From positions 271,622,001 through 271,686,000 of the forward strand of contig OZ024743.1 of the NCBI GenBank assembly GCA_964016885.1: a DNA stretch of 64,000 nucleotides. Direction: 5' to 3'. This document shows, one piece after another, positions 48,681-58,760 of this stretch; position 1 is the stretch's first letter; each line of letters starts with the position of its first letter. The position numbers and the translations under genes are program-made. The stretch is from Eledone cirrhosa (lineage: Eukaryota). The notes beneath the pieces were generated by a model that did no database searches, was not told where the DNA came from, and worked only from the letters and a program-made list of their open reading frames with translations.

Positions 48681-51600
48681 TAATAACAGTAATGACAACA
48701 ACAGTAACAGCAATAATAACTGTAATGACAACAACAATAGTAACAGAAATAATAACAGTAATGACAACAACAATAGTAACAGCAATAACAACAGTAATGA
48801 CAACAACAACAGTAACAGCAATAACAACAGTAACAGCAATAACAACAGTAATGACAACAACAACAACAGTAACAGCAATAACAACAGTAACAGCAATAAC
48901 AACAGTAATGACAACAACAACAGTAACAGCAATAACAACAGTAACAGCAATAACAACAGTAATGACAACAACAACAGTAACAGCAACAACAACAGTAATG
49001 ACAACAACAGTAACAGCAATAACAACAGTAATGACAACAACAACAGTAACAGCAATAATAACAGTAATGACAACAACAGTAACAGCAATAATAACAGTAA
49101 TGACAACAACAATAGTAACAGAAATAATAACAGCAATAACAACAGTAATGACAACAACAACAGTAACAGCAATAACAACAGTAATGACAACAACAAAAGT
49201 AACAGCAATAACAACAGTAATGACAACAACAACAGTAACAGCAATAATAACAGTAATGACAACAACAACAGTAACAGCAATAATAACAGTAATGACAACA
49301 ACAGTAACAGCAATAACAACAGTAATGACAACAACAACAGTAACAGCAATAACAACAGTAATGACATCAACAGTAACAGTAATGACAACAACAATAGTAA
49401 CAGAAATAATAACAACAGCAATGACAACAACAACAGTAACAGCAATAACAACAGTAACAGCAATAACAACAGTAATGACAACAACAACAGTAACAGCAAT
49501 AATAACAGTAATGACAACAACAATAGTAACAGCAATAACAACAGTAATGACAACAACAACAGTAACAGCAATAACAACAGTAATGACAACAACAGTAACA
49601 GCAATAACAACAGTAATGACAACAACAACAGTAACAGCAATAATAACAGTAATGACAACAACAGTAACAGCAATAATAACAGTAATGACAACAACAATAG
49701 TAACAGAAATAATAACAGTAATGACAACAACAATAGTAACAGCAATAACAACAGTAATGACAACAAGAACAGTAACAGCAATAACAACAGTAACAGCAAT
49801 AACAACAGTAATGACAACAACAACAGTAACAGCAATAACAACAGTAACAGCAATAACAACAGTAATGACAACAACAACAACAGTAACAGCAATAACAACA
49901 GTAACAGCAATAACAACAGTAATGACAACAACAACAGTAACAGCAATAACAACAGTAATGACAACAACAATAGTAACAGCAATAACAACAGTAATGACAA
50001 CAACAACAGTAACAGCAATAACAACAGTAATGACAACAACAGTAACAGCAATAACAACAGTAATGACAGCAACAACAGTAACAGCAATAATTTCAGTAAT
50101 GACAACAACAGTAACAGCAATAATAACAGTAATGACAACAACAATAGTAACAGAAATAATAACAGTAATGACAACAACAATAGTAACAGCAATAACAACA
50201 GTAATGACAACAACAACAGTAACATCAATAACAACAGTAACAGCAATAACAACAGTAATGACAACAACAACAGTAACAGCAATAACAACAGTAACAGCAA
50301 TAACAACAGTAATGACAACAACAACAGTAACAGCAATAACAACAGTAATGACAACAACAACAGTAACAGCAATAACAACAGTAATGACAACAACAGTAAC
50401 AGCAATAACAACAGTAATGACAACAACAACAATAACGGCAATAACAACAGTAATGACAACAACAGTAACAGCAATAACAACAGTAATGACAACAACAGTA
50501 ACAGCAATAATAACAGTAATGACAACAACAGTAACAGCAATAACAACAGTAATGACAACAACAGTAACAGCAATAACAACAGTAATGACAACAACAGTAA
50601 CAGCAATAACAACAGTAATGACAACAACAACAGTAACAGTAATGACAAGACCAGTAACAGCAATAACAACAGTAATGACAACAACAACAGTAACAGCAAT
50701 AATAACAGTAATGACAACAACAGTAACAGCAATAATAACAGTAATGACAAAAACAATAGTAACAGAAATAATAACAGCAATAACAACAGTAATGACAACA
50801 ACAACAGTAACAGCAATAATAACAGTAATGACAACAACAACAGTAACAGCAATAATAACAGTAATGACAACAACAACAGTAACAGCAATAATAACAGTAA
50901 TGACAACAACAGTAACAGCAATAACAACAGTAATGACAACAACAACAGTAACAGCAATAACAACAGTAATGACATCAACAGTAACATTAATGACAACAAC
51001 AATAGTAACAGAAATAATAACAACAGCAATGACAACAACAACAGCAACAGCAATAACAACAGTAACAGCAATAACAACAGTAATGACAACAACAACAGTA
51101 ACAGCAATAACAACAGTAACAGCAATAACAACAGTAATGACAACAACAACAGTAACATCAATAACAACAGTAACAGCAATAACAACAGTAATTCAACAAC
51201 AACAGTAACAGCAATAACAACAGTAATGACAAGAACAGTAACAGCAATAACAACAGTAATGACAACAACAACAATAACGGCAATAACAACAGTAATGACA
51301 ACAACAGTAACAGCAATAACAACAGTAATGACAACAACAGTAACAGCAATATTAACAGTAATGACAACAACATTAACAGCAATAACAACAGTAATGACAA
51401 CAACAGTAACAGCAATAACAACAGTAATGCCAACAACAGTAACAGCAATAACAACAGTAATGACAACAACAACAGTAACAGTAATGACAACACCAGTAAC
51501 AGCAATAACAACAGTAATGACAACAACAACAGTAACAGCAATAATAACAGTAATGACAACAACAGTAACAGCAATAATAACAGTAATGACAACAACAATA

Positions 51601-54465
51601 GTAACAGAAATAATAACAGCAATAACAACAGTAATGACAACAACAACAGTAACAGCAATAACAACAGTAATGACAACAACAACAGTAACAGCAATAATAA
51701 CAGTAATGACAACAACAACAGTAACAGCAATAATAACAGTAATGACAACAACAGTAACAGCAATAACAACAGTAATGACAACAACAACAGTAACAGCAAT
51801 AACAACAGTAATGACATCAACAGTAACAGTAATGACAACAACAATAGTAACAGAAATAATAACAACAGCAATGACAACAACAACAGTAACAGCAATAACA
51901 ACAGTAACAGCAATAACAACAGTAATGACAACAACAACAACAGTAACAGCAATAACAACAGTAACAGCAATAACAACAGTAATGACAACAACAACAATAA
52001 CGGCAATAACAACAGTAATGACAACAACAGTAACAGCAATAACAACAGTAATGACAACAACAGTAACAGCAATAATAACAGTAATGACAACAACAGTAAC
52101 AGCAATAACAACAGTAATGACAACAACAGTAACAGCAATAACAACAGTAATGACAACAACAGTAACAGCAATAACAACATTAATAACAACAACAACAGTA
52201 ACAGTAATGACAAGACCAGTAACAGCAATAACAACAGTAATGACAACAACAACAGTAACAGCAATAATAACAGTAATGACAACAACAGTAACAGCAATAA
52301 TAACAGTAATGACAACAACAATAGTAACAGAAATAATAACAGCAATAACAACAGTAATGACAACAACAACAGTAACAGCAATAATAACAGTAATGACAAC
52401 AACAACAGTAACAGCAATAATAACAGTAATGACAACAACAACAGTAACAGCAATAATAACAGTAATGACAACAACAGTAACATCAATAACAACAGTAATG
52501 ACAACAACAACAGTAACAGCAATAACAACAGTAATGACATCAACAGTAACATTAATGACAACAACAATAGTAACAGAAATAATAACAACAGCAATGACAA
52601 CAACAACAGCAACAGCAATAACAACAGTAACAGCAATAACAACAGTAATGACAACAACAACAGTAACAGCAATAACAACAGTAACAGCAATAACAACAGT
52701 AATGACAACAACAACAGTAACATCAATAACAACAGTAACAGCAATAACAACAGTAATGACAACAACAACAGTAACAGCAATAACAACAGTAATGACAACA
52801 ACAGTAACAGCAATAACAACAGTAATGACAACAACAACAATAACGGCAATAACAACAGTAATGACAACAACAGTAACAGCAATAACAACAGTAATGACAA
52901 CAACAGTAACAGCAATAATAACAGTAATGACAACAACATTAACAGCAATAACAACAGTAATGACAACAAGAGTAACAGCAATAACAACAGTAATGCCAAC
53001 AACAGTAACAGCAATAACAACAGTAATGACAACAACAACAGTAACAGTAATGACAACACCAGTAACAGCAATAACAACAGTAATGACAACAACAACAGTA
53101 ACAGCAATAATAACAGTAATGACAACAACAGTAACAGCAATAATAACAGTAATGACAACAACAATAGTAACAGAAATAATAACAGCAATAACAACAGTAA
53201 TGACAACAACAACAGTAACAGCAATAACAACAGTAATGACAACAACAACAGTAACAGCAATAATAACAGTAATGACAACAACAACAGTAACAGCAATAAT
53301 AACAGTTAATGACAACAACAGTAACAGCAATAACAACAGTAATGACAACAACAACAGTAACAGCAATAACAACAGTAATGACATCAACAGTAACAGTAAT
53401 GACAACAACAATAGTATCAGAAATAATAACAACAGCAATGACAACAACAACAGTAACAGCAATAACAACAGTAACAGCAATAACAACAGTAATGACAACA
53501 ACAACAACAGTAACAGCAATAACAACAGTAACAGCAATAACAACAGTAATGACAACAACAACAGTAACAGCAATAACAACAGTAACAGCAATAACAACAG
53601 TAATGACAACAACAACAGTAACAGCAATAACAACAGTAATGACAACAACAGTAACAGCAATAACAACAGTAATGACAACAACAACAATAACGGCAATAAC
53701 AACAGTAATGACAACAACAGTAACAGCAATAACAACAGTAATGACAACAACAGTAACAGCAATAATAACAGTAATGACAACAACAGTAACAGCAATAACA
53801 ACAGTAATGACAACAACAGTAACAGCAATAACAACAGTAATGACAACAACAGTAACAGCAATAACAACAGTAATGACAACAACAATAGTAACAGTAATGA
53901 CAACACCAGTAACAGCAATAACAACAGTAATGACAACAACAACAACAGTAACAGCAATAATAACAGTAATGACAACAACAGTAACAGCAATAATAACAGT
54001 AATGACAACAACAATAGTAACAGAAATAATAACAGCAATAACAACAGTAATGACAACAACAACAGTAACAGCAATAACAACAGTAATGACAACAACAACC
54101 GTAACAGCAATAATAACAGTAATGACAACAACAACAGTAACAGGAATAATAACAGTAATGACAACAACAGTAACAGCAATAACAACAGTAATGACAACAA
54201 CAACAGTAACAGCAATAACAACAGTAATGACATCAACAGTAACAGTAATGACAACAACAATAGTAACAGAAATAATAACAACAGCAATGACAACAACAAC
54301 AGTAACAGCAATAACAACAGTAATGACAACAACAACAGTAACAGCAATAATAACAGTAATGACAACAACAGTAACAGCAATAATAACAGTAATGACAACA
54401 ACAATAGTAACAGAAATAATAACAACAGTAATGACTACAACAATAACAGTAATGACAATAGCACT

Positions 54466-54663
54466 GTTTTCTGATTTAGGTGCCTGGCCAATAAATTTTG
54501 GGGAGGGGAAAGTCGATTAAATCAACCCTGTGCATTGCAGGTGCTTTATTTATCTTTACTCATTATTGACCTTGTAAGCTCAGTATGATTTGAACTCATA
54601 GAGTAAAGGGACATAACTCTATCCTGCAAGTTTATTGTCTGACACTCTACTGATACTGTCAAT
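54466..54663 (-). mobile_element. Degenerate tRNA-derived SINE (family 1), 3' end abutting the satellite
   Basis: On the minus strand: B-box-like GTTCAAATCA (54586-54595) and 3' end ggccaggcacctaaatcagaaaacag, matching the ggccttgtgccaaaagtagaaacaattatt end of the other copies in this window. Confidence 0.75.
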
Positions 54664-54667
54664 ACAC

Positions 54668-54736
54668 AACAGCAATGACAACAACAACAGCAACAATAAC
54701 AACAGTAATGACAACAACAACAGCAATAACAATAAC
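54668..54736. repeat. Short orphan block of the satellite motif on the far side of the SINE
   Basis: aacagcaatgacaacaacaacagcaacaataacaacagtaatgacaacaacaacagcaataacaataac uses the same triplets and the same AGT AAT GAC AAC module. Confidence 0.85.
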
Positions 54737-54744
54737 ATATTGAA

Positions 54745-54945
54745 GCCAACAGCAGAACATTTAGGCAGTCATTTAACCTGATGGAAATAGCAGCCAAATC
54801 TCTCTTAAATCACACACTATTTTAAAAAATGAAGGACACATTGGAAATACATTATGCCTAACTAAAACACAGCATGGTCACAATTTGAATACTTTTGATC
54901 TTTGGTCTGTTTAATCATGACTCACCTGGGATTAGCAATAGCAGT
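54745..54945. repeat. Probable degenerate interspersed repeat
   Basis: gaaatagcagccaaatctctcttaaatcacac...aaggacacattgga resembles an abundant octopus repeat as I recall it. There is no second copy in this window to confirm. Confidence 0.35.
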
Positions 54946-55063
54946 AATAGTAACAATAATTTCAGCAGGAAAACACAAATAAGTCAAGTACAGCCACTCC
55001 TAACTTAATGATCAGTTGTTTAACAACCACTTACACATGATATAATCCTTGTTATTATTTAAC

Positions 55064-55256
55064 AAGTGGATTGGCAGTATCAGTAGAAGGTCTGACGCCA
55101 TGCTTTGCAGCAAAGAGTTACGGCCCTTTATGGTCTGAGTTCAAATCCCGCCAAGGTTAACTTTGCCTTTCATCCTTACGGGGTCGATAAAATTAAGTAC
55201 CAGTAATGCACTGGGTTATTGCTGGCCTTGTTCCAAAAGTAGAAACAATTATTTAA
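55064..55256 (+). mobile_element. tRNA-derived SINE (family 1), near full length
   Basis: A-box-like TGGCAGTATCAG (~55072), B-box GTTCAAATCC (55139-55148), body ctttgcctttcatccttacggggtcgataaaattaagtaccagt and tail ggccttgttccaaaagtagaaacaattattt shared with the other copies. Confidence 0.88.
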
Positions 55257-55798
55257 CATCTGTTTTCCCTGCTGGTAAGGGTTGGATAGGTCTTAACAGA
55301 GTCTGTAGTCAAGCAGAGTTACTGACATCTCTGATGAGCCAGAGGCCTGCATCATGCTCACGTATATTTCCACACTCTAACAAGTGTATTTTATCATGGC
55401 ATCACCACTAGGTTGAATTTCTTTTATGAGGAGGGTAAGTGGAACCCTAGCAGCACAAAATACAAGAGCTGTTAAAAGGGTGGATGGATTCCTCAGAGTC
55501 AACAGCCACCCACCCCAACTTTGGGTTAAATAGCTTTACCAACCTGCAATTGGCCAAGCGTAGTAAGTACGGCTACATCTCTGACATAACCAAAACCAAA
55601 CAGAAAGTGGTGGAGGTCAACCAGGGAGGAGTTCCTCCAATAGGAGTAATAAAGCCCTAGATTGGGTTGGATTGTTGTCTCTTTTTATCCAACACATTTA
55701 TTTTTTATGTTTCATGATATATTTTTCAATGTTTGCTACAGTTACTAAGATAATGTTTCCATTAAATCTTTACAAATTTCTTTATTCACATAATTCAT

Positions 55799-56098
55799 TT
55801 AACCCTTTTATTACCATATTTCTAATGAAAACACTACCTATGTTTATTGAATAATTTTGAATAAAATCAAGAATTTAGTGAGATTTAGTAATATATTTAA
55901 ATTTCTGATTATCAAGTTGATATTTGCCACATAATTTAACAAAGGCTCTTATATAAAATTACGATGGAAGGTTTTTTTTATAGAAAAGATAAACACTTTA
56001 ATGTAACCAGTTTTGTATTATAAAAAACACTTTAATGTAACCAGTTTTGTATTATAGAACTGGGGCATTCTTAGGCTGTTTGATATCAAAAGGGTTAA
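55799..56098. mobile_element. TTAA-flanked MITE (piggyBac-like termini)
   Basis: TTAACCCTTTTATTACC at 55799 and TGATATCAAAAGGGTTAA ending at 56098; no ORF; internal 34-bp-period tandem duplication aaacactttaatgtaaccagttttgtattata at 55991 and 56025. Confidence 0.8.
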
Positions 56099-56298
56099 TA
56101 CATTTGATACCAAGTAACCTGACTACCCCCCCCCCCCACACACACACACTGCTGCTCAATATTAAACTGCCTGTTTGAAATTGTTCATATTTATATCAAA
56201 ACCTTTCAACATAATTTTGTATAAGAAATGTTTGCTAAGAAATGCTCCAGACATCAATGTCAGTTTCATGAGGAGATAAAACGCTTCCATCCTTTTGA

Positions 56299-56332
<34 letters not shown>

Positions 56333-56567
56333 AGTATAAATCCTGGAAAACTGTAAGTCCGGTATTAGAAAAAAAAAAAGAAAAAAAGAGAAGAAAAAAA
56401 AATCACAAGGGATTGACACTCCAAATTCACTATTTTCCTTTTAATTTGCTCCACTTTTCAAACAGTTAGTTATTTTATTAAATTCCTCTAAATTTTGATT
56501 ATTTTCAAAATTAATTGAAACACATTTCCAATGCTTTTCAATAGACCTATGGTAACGAAAGGGTTAA
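56095..56567. mobile_element. Second related TTAA MITE in opposite orientation, sharing the TTAA at 56095-56098
   Basis: Right end GGTAACGAAAGGGTTAA (56567); its last ~100 bp are the reverse complement of 55799-55900. Left end is degenerate (ttaatacatttgatacc). Contains poly-C, (CA)n and poly-A runs. Confidence 0.7.
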
Positions 56568-56762
56568 TAAAAAAACTGATATGTCATAACTTTTCATTCT
56601 CTCATGGATTCTGTCATCCATTGTTGACATTAAAATAGTATCATCATCATCATCATAATCATCATTATCTTCATTCTTTAATGTCTATTTTCCATGGGTT
56701 AGATGGGTTGTTATGTTGGTAGGCTAGACTGGTCTAATAACTGTCTTGCTCATATGCTAGAG

Positions 56763-57003
56763 AATATACTAGTGGCATTATATTGTAACTCTAGTACTAT
56801 CACTTTACAGGGTGGACTGGGTGATTTTTCTTGTGGCGCCAGCACTACCACCTTACAGAGTGCACCGGATACTTTTTATTGTGGCATCAGTACTACCACC
56901 TTATAGAGTGTACTGGGTGCTTTGTATTGTAGCCCCAATGCTCCCATCTTATAGGGTAGATTGGTTTCTTTTATTCATGGCACCATCACTATTAACTTAC
57001 AGA
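56763..57003. repeat. 48-bp minisatellite, 5 diverged units
   Basis: Units start at 56763, 56811, 56859, 56907 and 56955, each ending ttacag/ttatag; consensus approximately agtgtactgggtgctttttattgtggcaccagtactaccaccttacag. Confidence 0.85.
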
Positions 57004-57116
57004 TATTTTATGATCAGATCCTTGGAACAAAACCTGGTCTTTTACTTTATAACCAGATCAGTAGGAGGGAACCTGGTCATTAAACGAGGAGTAATTGTAT
57101 AAAATGATGCTAGCTA

Positions 57117-57256
57117 TGTACATTCTGAGTTTAAATCCCACTGAAGTTAGCTTTGCCTTTCATCATTACTGGGTCAATTGAATAAAAGTACAAGTAATCG
57201 ACTTGCTCCTTCCTTTTAAATTACTGGCCTTGTGCCAAAAGTAGAAACAGTTATTT
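57117..57256 (+). mobile_element. 5'-truncated SINE (family 1)
   Basis: ctgagtttaaatccc, ctttgcctttcatc and ggccttgtgccaaaagtagaaacagttattt match the 55064-55256 copy. Confidence 0.8.
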
Positions 57257-57270
57257 CAATACAGGCTTAC

Positions 57271-57441
57271 GTTTCTGACACCATCTTGGAGGATTCGTAT
57301 ATCTGTCTTTCTTTCTTTACCTTTCAGGATGAAATATGGAGTGGCCGAAAAGGAACGTTGTGACTGTATTCCAGTGTATACTCGCAGTAAATACAAATAT
57401 TTATCTGTGACTACATTGTCCACCAGAGGCATGTACTCCCA
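57271..57441 (-). CDS. Polycystin-1-like (PKD1L/REJ family) exon: start of PLAT/LH2 domain
   Basis: Acceptor tttattttatgtag|TGG, donor AAC|gtaagc; 171 nt, phase 0/0. Translates WEYMPLVDNVVTDKYLYLLRVYTGIQSQRSFSATPYFILKGKERKTDIRILQDGVRN, matching the PL.DN....Y.Y...V.TG.........F.L.G.....R.L pattern of polycystin PLAT domains. Not in the ORF track. Confidence 0.88.
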
Positions 57442-58619
57442 CTACATAAAATAAAGAAGATTAAAAGAGAGAAAAAGGAATCATTAATTGCTTGAAATTT
57501 TGTTTTCTTTGGTAAAAACCCTTAAGATTTTAGAGCAGAGTTTTTCATACTTTTTTTTAACTACTTCCTGCTTTTCAGAGAATATAGTTCACCAGTGTAC
57601 TTCCACTATAAAGTTTATCAAAAAACCTGTTCGTCAAATTTTATCAAACCATTCTTTACTGTATTTGTATACATGCTTATATCAATTAACTTTGAAAATG
57701 GTCCAATTTTTTGGGAATCGAATAAATTAACCCACCCTTTCATTAGAAATGTAATATTTAGAATATTATCTAACAAAAATTTCTTAAATAAAATCACCAG
57801 GGAAGGATTTAATAGAAATATAAACATATCTAAATGCATGGAAGTTTTCATGTGTTTTGGTATCAAAGGTGTTAAAGACATTTAATGACTAACTAAAGGT
57901 GATAGTTTTACAAGCAACTACTAATGCGTATTCTTAGCCTATTTCCTCCCTCACCATTCTTTGTCTTCCAATGCCTACCCTTTACCACTCCTATATCTTT
58001 CAGTAACCCCTTGAGTTTCGTAGCATGTCCAAGGGAGCAATAGCATGCTCTTTAGGAATCACTGTTTTCGAGGGTAGTTGAAGAGGTGTTGTGGCATTCA
58101 TGATTTTTCCCTATGCAATTTAGCAGAGTAAGTGAAACAGTGACTTGTCCTTGTTGATTATTATAGCTCAAATGATATAAAATTGATTATCATTGCAGTA
58201 ACAGAATTCTCACAAGAAATAATTTGATTAGACTTTAAACAAAGAGAGTCTAAAGCTAACAATGCCACAATGGACATTTTGATGGTACATAGGTCAACCA
58301 TGCTGAACAAGATGTGTTTTACGGCTCTTACTAGAGGCACTAACCTTTCTTGGAGGGAGTGGGTCTCTTTGAATCAGCTATGCATAGGTGTTGGCTGATT
58401 CAATGCAGCTATACACCACTGGGGGCTGCATCCATCAGCAGCTTGCTTTGTGGTTCACCAGAGAAGATTGCTGAACACTGACTGAGTGCTCGGATCTCCA
58501 CCCTCCAGAGAATATGGACCTCATACACCCTAATCCCACTACTCTGGGCTGGTTACAATACCTGGGTGACATCACATAGTTGCAGTTGTCTCATACTCAA
58601 TGAAGAAGAAGAATTTTTC

Positions 58620-58712
58620 ATGTTTGGCAAGGTTTATAGAAATGGATGCCCTTCCCAATGCCAACCACCTTACAAGGTATGCTAGGTTCATTTTTGTGAT
58701 ACCAGTACTCGT
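58620..58712. repeat. Fragment of a further interspersed repeat family (related pieces at ~55253-55410, ~56678-56710, ~61130-61210)
   Basis: tggatgcccttcccaatgccaacc here versus tggatacccttcctgaagccaacc at ~61185; tttaa(c/t)..ct.ttttcc.tg at 55253 and 56678. The motif recalls the V-SINE/DANA conserved core, from memory and unverified. Confidence 0.5.
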
Positions 58713-58760
58713 GTTTATTATGATATCAGTAAACAAAGGGTAACATAAACTTAGACTTAC

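Larger units (their letters stand above)
1..54462. repeat. Giant compound satellite built from AAC/AAT/AGT/AGC/GAC triplets (33/36-bp core unit; open at left edge of window)
   Basis: Continuous alternation of module A (AGT AAC AGC AAT AAC/AAT AAC, 18 bp) and module B (AGT AAT GAC AAC AAC [AAC]n, 15-21 bp) from base 1 to 54462. The consensus 33-mer has 18 A, 7 C, 4 G, 4 T on the + strand. Ends at ...aatgacaatagc. Confidence 0.99.

Noticed and set aside
20-51208. Thr-rich ORFs of 9899, 1632, 1562 and 3942 aa as mucin-like or antifreeze-like genes
   Set aside because: Pure satellite translation with essentially one codon per amino acid, no signal peptide or unique domain, and several frames open at once. 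The breaks come from one SNP copied by block duplication, and the ORFs are antisense to a probable intron.
1557-54425. Poly-Leu/Ser minus-strand ORFs as membrane proteins
   Set aside because: Reverse-complement reading of CAA/TAA/CAG triplets; boundaries are set by the recurring aattac variant.
1-54462. CRISPR array, telomeric repeat or synthetic data-encoding sequence
   Set aside because: No unique spacers or cas genes and the context is eukaryotic; no TTAGGG-type G-rich unit; variation follows duplication and slippage patterns and grades into natural flanking DNA.
55064-55160. tRNA gene suggested by A/B boxes (also 63360-63435)
   Set aside because: No cloverleaf; the boxes continue into multi-copy SINE bodies.
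56162-56419. 85-aa minus ORF as the next PLAT exon
   Set aside because: Lies within a MITE, includes poly-Phe from a poly-A run, and lacks PLAT motifs (LG.L..I.IWHDN, W.L..V).
57319-57320. Alternative donor AAAG|gtaaag inside the PLAT exon
   Set aside because: The frame continues with PLAT-like GKERKTDIRILQDGVRN to a better donor (gtaagc) at 57270.
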